Shown here: positions 1 to 9,017 of the stretch, one piece after another
Layout of the letters: each line of letters starts with the position of its first letter
How positions within the stretch are numbered: position 1 is the first letter of the stretch
Source of the DNA: an uncultured delta proteobacterium
Lineage (GTDB): Bacteria > Myxococcota_A > UBA9160 > SZUA-336
DNA: 64,000 nt
Assembly (NCBI GenBank): GCA_963704165.1
Contig: CAVPHD010000005.1
Location: 160,001 to 224,000 of the forward strand
Reading direction: 5' to 3'
Notes under the pieces: model-generated
The model's database searches: none
What the model was told of the DNA's origin: nothing
The model's input: only the letters and a program-made list of their open reading frames with translations
Program-made: the position numbers and the translations under genes

Positions 1-1197
1 CACCGAGGGGAAATCGAAGACGCTCGCGAGCACGCCGCCCGCGAGCGGAGCGATCACGCCCATCGCCTCCGTCGCGGAATTCGTGACGGCGATGCGCAGC
101 GGCAGGTCCTCGCGCGCGCCGAACTCGAGTACCAGGTTCTGCTGTCCCATCATGAACCCGCCCGAGCCCGCGCCGAGCGCGACGAAGACGCCGATCAGCG
201 CGCCGAAGCTGTCCGCGCCGAGCAGCACGAACGTGCCCGCAATCCAGATCGCGAGCGATCCGAGGAACACGATCCGGAAGCCGAGACGGTCCGCGATCGT
301 GCCCCAGAACAGGTTCAGGGTCGTGGCCGCGAGCAAGAATGCCGCCGTGAGCAGACCGAGTTCGCGTCCGCCGATCGAGAGCGTCTGGTTGGCGTACAGG
401 ACGTAGTAGGGCATGCCGATCCGCCCGAGCGCTCCGAGAACGCAGGCGAAGAGGAACACGCCGAAGTTCCGATCCGCGCGCAGGAGTCCCGGCAGGTCCG
501 CGAGCCGCGACGCCACGTCGGTGCGTTCGCGCACGGCGGGTGCCTCGGGCTCGCGGATGAAGAGCAGCATCAAGAGTCCTGCCTCGGTCAGCACGAACGC
601 GAGAAGGAACGTGGCCGCGTAGCCGTTGCCGAGCGCGTTCGTATCGACCAGCAAGGTCCCGCCGAGATACGCGACGCCGGCGGCGATCACGCCGGCGAGC
701 GCGTTGCGCAGACCCGAAAGGCGGCCGCGGAACTCGACCGGGATCACCTTCGCGAGCAGCACGTTGAAGATCACGCCCTGCATGCCCATGAAGAACCCGA
801 ACAGGCCGAGGAAGACGCAGACGACCGCCAGGTTCGACTCGACCGGCAGAAAGAACCCCGCAAGCGCGATCCCGAGCACCTGCAAGCGCAGCAGGGAACC
901 CGTCCGCATACCCATCGGGAGCACTTTTCGTCGGTGCTCGATCAGCGTGGCGGAGAAGAGCGGTGAGAGACACTGGCCGAGCGCCTGCGCCGCACGCGCG
1001 AGGCCGACGACGAACTCCGATCCCGAGAGCGAGTAGATGTAGGCCGGCACGAACGTCGGGGCTTGAATCAGGCGAAATCCCGTCTGGCCGAAGATGCCGT
1101 GCCCCAGGTGCGCGGCGTAGTTCCGACGCAGGTTGCGGCGCACGGAATCGTCGAACTCGGCCTCGGCCTGCGCTTCGATCTCCTCCACCGCGGCCAC
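1..1197 (-). CDS. MFS transporter (3' end runs off the window)
   Basis: Not in the ORF track because it has no stop in the window. Read manually from GTG at 1197: MAAVEEIEAQAEAEFDDSVRRNLRRNYAAHLGHGIFGQTGFRLIQAPTFVPAYIY... Many TM helices and MFS-type loops (KVIPVEFRGRLSG; WGTIADRLGFR). Confidence 0.85.
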   Translation of the reverse strand, partial: MAAVEEIEAQAEAEFDDSVRRNLRRNYAAHLGHGIFGQTGFRLIQAPTFVPAYIYSLSGSEFVVGLARAAQALGQCLSPLFSATLIEHRRKVLPMGMRTGSLLRLQVLGIALAGFFLPVESNLAVVCVFLGLFGFFMGMQGVIFNVLLAKVIPVEFRGRLSGLRNALAGVIAAGVAYLGGTLLVDTNALGNGYAATFLLAFVLTEAGLLMLLFIREPEAPAVRERTDVASRLADLPGLLRADRNFGVFLFACVLGALGRIGMPYYVLYANQTLSIGGRELGLLTAAFLLAATTLNLFWGTIADRLGFRIVFLGSLAIWIAGTFVLLGADSFGALIGVFVALGAGSGGFMMGQQNLVLEFGAREDLPLRIAVTNSATEAMGVIAPLAGGVLASVFDFPSV

Positions 1198-2199
1198 CTA
1201 TGTGCCCAGCAACGCCGCGCCGAGCTCGAGCGCGCGTTCCGCGCGAGCCGTCGTGCCGAGGACCGGAAGACGTGCTGCACCGATCGCGCGGCGCAGGATC
1301 TCCACGCCGGCGAAGCCGCGCGCGCGGGCGCCGAGCTCGCGATCCGCTCCGGACTTGCGCGCGTAGCCGGCGAGCAGAGCCGCCTCGCACGAAGCGAGCG
1401 GAGTCGAGTCGCGTGCGTGTGCGCGGTGCAGGTGGATGTGAGCGAAGGCCTGGCCCAGATCGAAAGCCGGGTCACCGACGTGCGAGATCTCGGCATCGAT
1501 CAAGCGCGGACGCGACGCCGACACGAGCACGTTCCCCGCCTGTACGTCCCCGTGAACGAGTGCCTCTCCCTTTCCGTAGTAGCACTCGCGCAGGTCCGCG
1601 ATTCGCGTTCGCAGGCCGGGGCGAGCGAGCACGTCGTCGGCCAGCGCGCGGAGCCGGGGCTCGATCGGGAAGTCGTTGCGTTCGTAGGGCAGGGTGAAGA
1701 TGTGCTCGCCGTGGAGAGCGCGCATCTCGTCGTTGGCGAATCGCGATCGGAGTGACTCCGCGTCCGCGCGCGTCGCGGCGTGGATGTCCGCGAGGAACGC
1801 GCCAAGCCGCTCGAGCGTCGCGGGCACGGCCCGCCCCTCGGAGAGCAGCGTGTCGAGGCGCGGCGCGTCGCCGAGATCCTCCATCACGAGCACACGCTCG
1901 ACCTCGTCGAAGAGAATCTGTTTCGGGGGGATGTCCGCGTGAGCGGGGACTCTCTCTCGCACGATCTCGAAGTAGCGCGCCTCGAAGACCATGCGCACGG
2001 TATCGACCCGGTACTCGGGGAAGCGTTCGAGTGAAGCCCGCGCCTGCTTCACGACGAACGATCGACCGTCGGAAGTGCGAACGCGCCGGACCCAGTTGAC
2101 GTTCCCGTCGCCCGCGGGCGAGACGACGACCCCGCGCGTGTCTTCGAGCACCCCGACGCGCGCCAGATACCCGGGCAGCGTCGAGTCGGTCAGAGACAG
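1198..2199 (-). CDS. 5-methylthioribose kinase-like phosphotransferase (APH/choline kinase fold); start uncertain
   Basis: C-terminal part of ORF 1198..3648: GDGNVNWVRRV, VVKQA, LVMEDL, LVHGDVQAGNV, IDAE..GDPAFDLG, GVEILRR are MtnK-type motifs. The upstream part of that ORF is shadow of other genes. Confidence 0.75.
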   Translation of the reverse strand: MSLTDSTLPGYLARVGVLEDTRGVVVSPAGDGNVNWVRRVRTSDGRSFVVKQARASLERFPEYRVDTVRMVFEARYFEIVRERVPAHADIPPKQILFDEVERVLVMEDLGDAPRLDTLLSEGRAVPATLERLGAFLADIHAATRADAESLRSRFANDEMRALHGEHIFTLPYERNDFPIEPRLRALADDVLARPGLRTRIADLRECYYGKGEALVHGDVQAGNVLVSASRPRLIDAEISHVGDPAFDLGQAFAHIHLHRAHARDSTPLASCEAALLAGYARKSGADRELGARARGFAGVEILRRAIGAARLPVLGTTARAERALELGAALLGT

Positions 2200-2966
2200 G
2201 TGGATGAGCCCCCATCGACGGGGACGATCGTCCCGGTCACGTACGCGGAGGCGCGTGACGCGAGGTAGATCGCGGTTCCCGCCACGTCCTCCGGCTCGCC
2301 GATGCGCCCGCGTGGATTCTGCTTGCGGATCATCTCGCCAAACCGCTCCAGCGTCGCCTTCATCATCTGGCTCTCGAAGGGGCCGGGCGCGATCGCATTC
2401 ACGTTCACGTTCTCGCTCGCGAGCCGTCGCGCGAGGACGCGCGTCAGGTGGTGCAGTCCGGCCTTGGCGGCGGAGTACGCGTAGGTGTCGAGGATCGGCA
2501 CGTGCAGTCCGTCGATCGAGCCGATGTTGATCACGCGCGCGGGGTCCGCTGCCGTCCCGGCCTTGCGCAGGAGCGGCAGCAGGTCGCGCGTCAGGAAGAA
2601 GACCGACTTCAGGTTCAGATCCATGACCTTGTCCCAGCCCGACTCCGGGAACTCGTCGAGCGGCGCACCCCAGTTCGCGCCGGCGTTGTTCACCAGGATG
2701 TGCAGCTCGGACTCGCGTGACGAGAGCTCCGAAACGAGCTTTGCGATTCCTTCGGGATTTCCGAGGTCCGCGGGGATCGCAATGCACGTTCCGGCTTTCG
2801 AGAGCTCGGCTTCGGCCTTCGCGCAGGCTTCGGCCTTTCGCGAGCAGATGTACGTGCGCACGCCGTTCTCGACGAAGCCCCGCGCGATCATCTCCCCGAT
2901 GCCGCGCGTCCCGCCCGTGACCAGCGCGACTTTCCCCTCGACCGAGAACAGCTCCGGCAGCTTCAT
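2190..2966 (-). CDS. Short-chain dehydrogenase/reductase (RhlG-like classical SDR)
   Basis: TGGTRGIG, LVNNAG, YSAAK (YxxxK) and VDGG motifs; ATG at 2966 (MKLPELFSVEGK). Confidence 0.92.
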   Translation of the reverse strand: MKLPELFSVEGKVALVTGGTRGIGEMIARGFVENGVRTYICSRKAEACAKAEAELSKAGTCIAIPADLGNPEGIAKLVSELSSRESELHILVNNAGANWGAPLDEFPESGWDKVMDLNLKSVFFLTRDLLPLLRKAGTAADPARVINIGSIDGLHVPILDTYAYSAAKAGLHHLTRVLARRLASENVNVNAIAPGPFESQMMKATLERFGEMIRKQNPRGRIGEPEDVAGTAIYLASRASAYVTGTIVPVDGGSSTCL

Positions 2967-3025
2967 CGCGGCGCATCGTACCCGATGCAGCCTGTACAAT
3001 GCCGGCCCAACGTCGGGAGGAGCGC

Positions 3026-3805
3026 ATGGCGGACTTCTGCAAGGTCGAGCGAGACGGACGGATCTGGGTCGTGACGATCAACCGCCCGGAAGTGATGAAC
3101 TCGCTCCACCCGCCGGCGAATCGCGAGCTCGCGAAGATCTGGGACGAGTTCGAAGCCGACCCCGAGGCGTGGGTGGGCATCATCACGGGTGCGGGCGATC
3201 GCGCGTTCTCCGCCGGCAACGACCTGAAGTACCAGGCGACGGGCGGCGACATGCGCGGACAGCCCGCGAGCGGATTCGCGGGGCTGACCGCGCGTTTCGG
3301 CCTGACCAAGCCGCTGATCGCGGCGGTGAACGGCGTTGCGATGGGGGGCGGATTCGAGATCGCGCTCTCCTGCGATCTGATCATCGCGTCGGACAAGGCG
3401 CTCTTCGCGCTGCCCGAGCCGCGCGTCGGTCTCGCGGCTCTCGCCGGTGGACTGCAGCGGCTGCCGCGCATGATCCCGCTGAAGCAGGCGATGGGCATGA
3501 TCCTGACCGGTCGCCGCGTCGGCGCGCAGGAGGGCAAGGAGCTCGGCTTCGTCACCGACGTCGCGTCCCACGATGCCCTGATGAAATCCGCGCGCAGTTG
3601 GGCGGAGCAGATTCTCGAGTGCTCGCCGCTGTCGATCCGGGCCAGCAAGCAGACCGTGCTGCAGAGCCTCTCGATCCCGGACCTGGCGGACTCGATGCAG
3701 AACTCGCTCTACCCCGCGATCGCCGACATGGTGCGCAGCGAGGACTTCGTCGAGGGTCCGAGGGCCTTTGCCGAGAAGCGGAAGCCGAAGTGGAAGGGAC
3801 GCTAG
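3026..3805 (+). CDS. Enoyl-CoA hydratase/isomerase (crotonase, CaiD-like)
   Basis: INRPEVMN, AFSAGNDL, KPLIAAVNGVAMGGGFE, ALPEPRVGL, AFAEKRKPKWKGR; GGAGG RBS before ATG 3026. Confidence 0.93.
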   Translation: MADFCKVERDGRIWVVTINRPEVMNSLHPPANRELAKIWDEFEADPEAWVGIITGAGDRAFSAGNDLKYQATGGDMRGQPASGFAGLTARFGLTKPLIAAVNGVAMGGGFEIALSCDLIIASDKALFALPEPRVGLAALAGGLQRLPRMIPLKQAMGMILTGRRVGAQEGKELGFVTDVASHDALMKSARSWAEQILECSPLSIRASKQTVLQSLSIPDLADSMQNSLYPAIADMVRSEDFVEGPRAFAEKRKPKWKGR

Positions 3806-4419
3806 GCCCGCGCCGCAGAGCCAGCTCGGCTCCCCGCAACGACCGGCGACGAGCGCGCATCGTCGCGGCGCTGCGCGATTGCATGCTGGAGCGCGGATAC
3901 GCGGCGACGAGTCTGTCCGACATCGCGCGAAAAGCGGGAATGACGCCGAGCCATCTGCTCTACTACTTCCAGGGCAAGAGCGAGATCCTGAACGCGTACT
4001 GGGAAGCCACGGCCGCGATCGTGCTCGAGCGACTGCGCGAGATCGAGTCCGAGCCGATCGAGCGCCGCCTCGACCTCTTGGGCGACACGTTCTTCTCCGG
4101 CGTGGTGGCTACACACGCGGATGTCGGCGTCGTGCTCGAGTTCTTCGGCCTCGCCGTGCACGACAAGGACCTGTATCGCACGAAGGCGGATTTCGACCGC
4201 GAGATCAAGATCTGGCTCGCGAAGCTGCTCTCGCAGTGTCCGCGCCCGCTCGGCGCGCTGCTCGATGCCGCGGCCGAAGCGGCGTACTCGCTGCTGGTGG
4301 GCCTGTGCACGGCCGCCTACTTCGACGAGCGTCTCGGCTTTCCGGAAGCGCGCGCGATCTTCCTGATGTCGCTGCGCGGCGTCGCGGGTTTCGAAGAGCC
4401 GCCGGTGACCCAGCGCTGA
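3790..4419 (+). CDS. TetR/AcrR family transcriptional regulator
   Basis: RARIVAALRDCMLERGYAATSLSDIARKAGMTPSHLLYYFQGKSE HTH; GTG at 3790 overlaps the upstream gene end (start approximate). Confidence 0.85.
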   Translation: MEGTLGPRRRASSAPRNDRRRARIVAALRDCMLERGYAATSLSDIARKAGMTPSHLLYYFQGKSEILNAYWEATAAIVLERLREIESEPIERRLDLLGDTFFSGVVATHADVGVVLEFFGLAVHDKDLYRTKADFDREIKIWLAKLLSQCPRPLGALLDAAAEAAYSLLVGLCTAAYFDERLGFPEARAIFLMSLRGVAGFEEPPVTQR

Positions 4420-4427
4420 AGCTCTCG

Positions 4428-4470
4428 CTCCCGCTTCACGAGCGGGGGGTGGCTCCACGCATGCGGAGCC
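4428..4470 (+). terminator. Two tandem GC-rich hairpins after the TetR gene (possible terminator)
   Basis: ctcccgct-tcacg-agcggggg (4428-4448) and ggctcc-acgcatgc-ggagcc (4451-4470); no U-tract. Confidence 0.4.
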
Positions 4471-4485
4471 CTATTCTCGGCCGCG

Positions 4486-7314
4486 GTGAGAGGGGTGGGG
4501 GAACTGGCGTTCTCGGCGGGGCCGACTGCGTGCGCAGTTGCGCGCGTAGGTCGTCTCTTCGCAAGCGGCGCCGCATCGCTCTTGCTCGGAATCGCGCCGG
4601 CGACGCTCGTGATCGCCAATACCGACCCGCCGCCGCGAATCGTGAAGTCGGCGGATTCGCGCGACATGCGCGTCGTGCGAGGCAACCTGCACGGCCTCGC
4701 CAAGCGTGCGCGCGACGAGGGTCGGGTCGAGCCGACGCTCGTGCTCGATCGCGTCGCGCTCGTGTTCAGGCCGTCGGAGAGCCAACAGCGCGACCTCGAC
4801 GCGCTCCTGGCCGAGCAGAGGGATCCGGCCTCGCCGGGTTTCGAGAAGTGGTTGACGCCGGACGAGTACGCCGCGCGTTTCGGCATGAGCGACGCCGATC
4901 TCTCCACGGCGACGGAGTGGCTCGAGTCACAGGATCTCACGGTGCAGAGGACCGCGCGGAGCCGGAACGAGATCTCGTTTCGCGGAACCGCCGCGCAGAT
5001 CGAGAACGCGTTTCGAACCGAGATCCATCGCTACCGCATCGGGAGCGAAGTCCACTTCGCCAACGCGACCGAGCCGTCGGTCCCGAGGTCGTTCGGCGAC
5101 TCGGTGCTCGCGATCCGCAATCTCAGCGACTTCCGTCCACAGCCGAGACTTCGACGCGCGGTCCGCGGACCTCGCTTCACGTCGGGGATCACGGGCAATC
5201 ATTTCCTGGCGCCCGACGACTTCGCCACGATCTACGGTGTACAAGCGCTCTACGATGCCGGCTTCGACGGCACGGGCCAGCGCATCGCCGTGGTCGGGCA
5301 GACGGCCCTCGGCGCCGGCAACAGCCCGGCCGACATCGAGGCGTTCCGGGCGGCCGCGGGGCTGCCCGCTGCCAACCTGCAACAGGTTCTCGTCCCCGGG
5401 ACGGGAAGCTCGACGGTTTGCAGCGACGATCTCGTCGAGGCGCATCTCGACGTCGAGTGGTCGGGCGCGATCGCGAAGAACGCGACGATCGTCTACGTGT
5501 ACACGGGCGTGCGATCCGGACGCAGCTGCGAGAACACGACCGCGAACGTCTGGGACGCACTGCACTACGCGATCACGAACAACCTCGCTCCGATCCTCAG
5601 CACGAGCTACGGCGCGTGCGAGGCCGCGAACGGAGCTGGGTTCGCGCGGACGGTTCGGAGCTGGGTGCAGCAGGCCAACGCGCAGGGTCAGACCGTCACC
5701 GCCGCATCCGGGGACCTCGGCGCCGCGGACTGCGAGCCGCGCGACTCGGTCCTCGCGACGTCCGGCCTCGCGGTCGACGTGCCCGCCAGCATTCCCGAGG
5801 TGACGAGCGTCGGCGGTACCGGGTTCTACGGCGACCTGCTCGATCCCAACGCGTACTGGAGCGACACGAACAACTCGCACGGTGGATCCGCCACGCAATA
5901 CATCCCGGAGGTCGCCTGGGACGACACCGAGCTCAGCATCGCGCTCGGCGGTGGATTCGCCGCGAGCGGTGGCGGCGCGAGTCGCTACTTCTCGAAGCCG
6001 AGCTGGCAGACCGGATTCGGTGTGCCCGCCGATGGACGTCGCGACGTGCCCGACGTCTCGCTCGCCGCCTCGGCGAACCACGACGGCTACCTGATCTGCT
6101 CGCAAGGGAGCTGCGTGAACGGCTTCCGGGACGCGAACCTGTTCCTGACCGTGATCGGAGGGACGTCCGCCTCGTCGCCGAGCCTCGCGGGGATTCTCGC
6201 GCTCATCGTTCACGGTACCGGAGCGACCGGGCTCGGGAACATCAATCCCACCTTGTACGCCTTGTCTCTGAGCACACCTTCGGTGTTTCACGACGTCACG
6301 GCCGGGAGCAACGTCGTTCCGTGTAGCCCGGGTACGCCGAACTGTCCGGCGCAGCCGCCTCGCGAATTCGGGTACAGCGCGGGCGCCGGGTACGATCAGG
6401 TGACGGGCCTCGGCTCGATCGACGCGTTCGCGCTCGCGGACAGCTTCGCCGCGAAGGTCGCGACTTCGACGACGCTCTCGTCTTCGAGCGTGGCGATCGC
6501 CCCCGGCGGGAGCGTCAGCTTCACCGCGACCGTCGCGAAGCTCTCGTCCGGCTTCGGTTCGCCCACGGGCGGTGTCGTGCAGTTCTCGATCGACGGGGTC
6601 GAAGCGGGAGATCCCGTGCCCGTCTCCGTGGTCGGTGGAGCCTACCGAGCGTCGTACACGACGGCACCGCTTGCGAGCGGCACGCGCAGCGCGACGGCGG
6701 CGTACCTCGGAAATCTCGTCCATCTCCCGTCGACCTCTTCCGCCGTGAACGTGAACGTCGCGGACTACTCGCTCACGCCGAGCCCCGCGAGCGTCACCCT
6801 CTCGCCGGGTGGAGTCGGAAGTTCCACCATCACCGTCGAGAGCGCCGACGGCTTCGCGGGCACGGTGACGCTCGGCTGCACGCCCCCGGCTTCGAGCGCT
6901 CGGGTCCGTTGCTCGATCCATCCGGCGTCCGTTGCACTGAGCGGCGGATCGCCGAGTCAGACCGCGATGCTCTCGATCACGACGACCACGACGACCACGG
7001 CGGGTACGGCCACCGCGAACCCCGCGGCGGGCCCGACCGGCGGCTCCGATCCCCGCCTCGCCGTCGGCATCGGATGCGCTCTCGTTGCGGCGCTTCTCGC
7101 CTCGCGTCCGCGGCGGCGCCGGCGTCTTTCGTGGGCGCACGCGCTGGCGCTCCTCGTGATCCTCGGCACGGGCGTCAGCTGTGGGGGCGGGGGTGGTGGC
7201 GGCGGCGGTGCCACTTCGAACTCGGGGACGCCGCTCGGTGACTACACGATCGCGGTCACCGGAACGAGCGGCGCCATCGCGCGCGTGACCAGCGTTTCGC
7301 TCGCAGTCCAGTGA
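4486..7314 (+). CDS. Secreted S53 (sedolisin/kumamolisin) serine peptidase with pro-domain, Ig-like domains and C-terminal membrane anchor
   Basis: Pro-domain (QQRDLDALL..QRDPASP.F.KWLTPDEYAARFG), catalytic EAHLDVEW, AASGD, GGTSASSP, Ca-site GYDQVTGLGSID, then Ser/Thr-rich Ig-like repeats. TATTCT lies 8 nt before GTG 4486. Confidence 0.92.
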   Translation: MRGVGELAFSAGPTACAVARVGRLFASGAASLLLGIAPATLVIANTDPPPRIVKSADSRDMRVVRGNLHGLAKRARDEGRVEPTLVLDRVALVFRPSESQQRDLDALLAEQRDPASPGFEKWLTPDEYAARFGMSDADLSTATEWLESQDLTVQRTARSRNEISFRGTAAQIENAFRTEIHRYRIGSEVHFANATEPSVPRSFGDSVLAIRNLSDFRPQPRLRRAVRGPRFTSGITGNHFLAPDDFATIYGVQALYDAGFDGTGQRIAVVGQTALGAGNSPADIEAFRAAAGLPAANLQQVLVPGTGSSTVCSDDLVEAHLDVEWSGAIAKNATIVYVYTGVRSGRSCENTTANVWDALHYAITNNLAPILSTSYGACEAANGAGFARTVRSWVQQANAQGQTVTAASGDLGAADCEPRDSVLATSGLAVDVPASIPEVTSVGGTGFYGDLLDPNAYWSDTNNSHGGSATQYIPEVAWDDTELSIALGGGFAASGGGASRYFSKPSWQTGFGVPADGRRDVPDVSLAASANHDGYLICSQGSCVNGFRDANLFLTVIGGTSASSPSLAGILALIVHGTGATGLGNINPTLYALSLSTPSVFHDVTAGSNVVPCSPGTPNCPAQPPREFGYSAGAGYDQVTGLGSIDAFALADSFAAKVATSTTLSSSSVAIAPGGSVSFTATVAKLSSGFGSPTGGVVQFSIDGVEAGDPVPVSVVGGAYRASYTTAPLASGTRSATAAYLGNLVHLPSTSSAVNVNVADYSLTPSPASVTLSPGGVGSSTITVESADGFAGTVTLGCTPPASSARVRCSIHPASVALSGGSPSQTAMLSITTTTTTTAGTATANPAAGPTGGSDPRLAVGIGCALVAALLASRPRRRRRLSWAHALALLVILGTGVSCGGGGGGGGGATSNSGTPLGDYTIAVTGTSGAIARVTSVSLAVQ

Positions 7315-7376
7315 CCGCTCGCGCTCGAGCGCCGGAGGCTAGCGCGAGCCGGCGAGGTTTCGTACCTGAGCAGCGG

Positions 7377-8921
7377 ATGACGAAACCGCCCGAGAGCGAG
7401 CTGTACGTCGGGCGCGCGCCCGTCAGCGTCGATGATCTGCTCGCATTGGCGCGCTTCGAGCGAACGCCGGTGCTGTGGAGTGATCCGGGGTATCGCGAGC
7501 GCTTGCACAGTGCATTTCATGCCTTCGAGCGGCAGCTGGAACGGGGTCTGCCGGTCTACGGAGTGACCACGGGCGTCGGCGCCGCGGTGACGAACGCCGT
7601 TCCCGCCGAGCACCGGGACGCGATCGCTCCAATCCTCATCGCGTCGCTGGGAGTCGGAACGGGACGGAACCTCGACCCGCGCGAGGCCGCAGCCGTCGTC
7701 GCCGCGCGTCTCGTCTCTCTGGCGTCTGGACACTCGGGAGTGCGTCCACTCGTGCTCGAACGGCTTTGTGATTTCTTGAATGCGCGACTGCTGCCGCGGA
7801 TTCCCGAAGAGGGATCGGTCGGCGCGAGCGGTGACCTCGCGCCGCTCTCCTACCTCGCGGCCGCGCTCATCGGAACGCGCGAGGTCACGCTCGAGGGACG
7901 CACGATTCCGGCGGCCGAGGCGCATGCCGAGCTCGGACTCGAGCCGCTCGTCCTGCTGCCCCGGGAGGCTCTGTCGCTGGTCAACGGAACGAGCGTGATG
8001 ACGGCGCTCGGCTGTCTCGCTCTTCACGACGCTTTTCGCCTCGCTCGACTCGCGTGCGCGTTGACCGCGATTGCGAGCCGCGTCGTACACGGCAACCCCG
8101 CGCATTTCGATGCGCGACTCGCGGCCTGGAAGCCGCACGCGGGTCAAGTACGCGCGACGTCCTTCATCGCGGAGGACCTCGAGTACGATCCGGCCCGGCC
8201 CTTGCCGCGGCCCGCGCGGCTGCAGGATCGCTATTCGATCCGCTGCGCGCCTCACGTGATCGGTGTGCTCTTCGACGCTGCGGAGCTCACGCGTGGGGTG
8301 CTCGAGATCGAGCTGAACTCCGCAAACGACAATCCGCTCGTCGATCCGACGACGGGCGACGTTCTCCACGGCGGGAACTTCTACGGTGGCCACGTCTGCT
8401 TCGCGCTCGACGCGCTCAAGGCCGCCGTGGCGAGCGTCGCGGATCTGCTCGACCGACAGCTCGCGCTGCTGTGCAGTGCCGATGCGACGGATGGGCTGCC
8501 CGCGAACCTGATCGCCGTCGATGGACCCGCGCGGCCGATCCAGAGCGGCTTCAAGGCGATGCAGCTCGCGGCGTCCGCGCTCACGGCCGAGGCTCAGAAG
8601 CTGACACTGCCGGCCGCTGCGTTCAGCCGCAGCACGGAATCGCACAATCAGGACAAAGTGAGTCTGGGCACGATCGCCGCCCGCGACGCGCGCCGAGTGC
8701 TCGAGCTCGCCGAGACCGTCGCCGCGATCCAGCTGATCGCCTGCTGCCAGGCCATCGAGCTGCGACCCGAGGATCGCGCCAGCCGACGCGGGTACGCGTT
8801 GCTCGAGGCTTTGCGAAAGCACGTTCCGATGCTGCGCGAGGACCGACGACAGGATCAGGACATCGCCGGTGTGCTGGGCTTGCTGCGCGGAGATCTTCTC
8901 CCGCTCGGACCGCTCTCCTAG
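7377..8921 (+). CDS. Aromatic amino acid ammonia-lyase (HAL/PAL/TAL, MIO enzyme)
   Basis: VYGVTTG, GSVGASGDLAPL (MIO-forming ASG), LQDRYSIRCAPHV, NDNP, HGGNFYG, HNQDKVS. Confidence 0.93.
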   Translation: MTKPPESELYVGRAPVSVDDLLALARFERTPVLWSDPGYRERLHSAFHAFERQLERGLPVYGVTTGVGAAVTNAVPAEHRDAIAPILIASLGVGTGRNLDPREAAAVVAARLVSLASGHSGVRPLVLERLCDFLNARLLPRIPEEGSVGASGDLAPLSYLAAALIGTREVTLEGRTIPAAEAHAELGLEPLVLLPREALSLVNGTSVMTALGCLALHDAFRLARLACALTAIASRVVHGNPAHFDARLAAWKPHAGQVRATSFIAEDLEYDPARPLPRPARLQDRYSIRCAPHVIGVLFDAAELTRGVLEIELNSANDNPLVDPTTGDVLHGGNFYGGHVCFALDALKAAVASVADLLDRQLALLCSADATDGLPANLIAVDGPARPIQSGFKAMQLAASALTAEAQKLTLPAAAFSRSTESHNQDKVSLGTIAARDARRVLELAETVAAIQLIACCQAIELRPEDRASRRGYALLEALRKHVPMLREDRRQDQDIAGVLGLLRGDLLPLGPLS

Positions 8922-9017
8922 CTGGGAAACGCCGGCAGCACCGCATCGGGGCACTCCGTCCGCTCGTCCGCCGTGTCAGAATCGCCGAGCGCGGTCACGC
9001 GAGACGAGGAGGCGCTC

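Noticed and set aside
6976..7212. ACC/ACG and GGC/GGT trinucleotide runs as repeats or contingency loci
   Set aside because: They are imperfect codon runs encoding Thr and Gly linkers.
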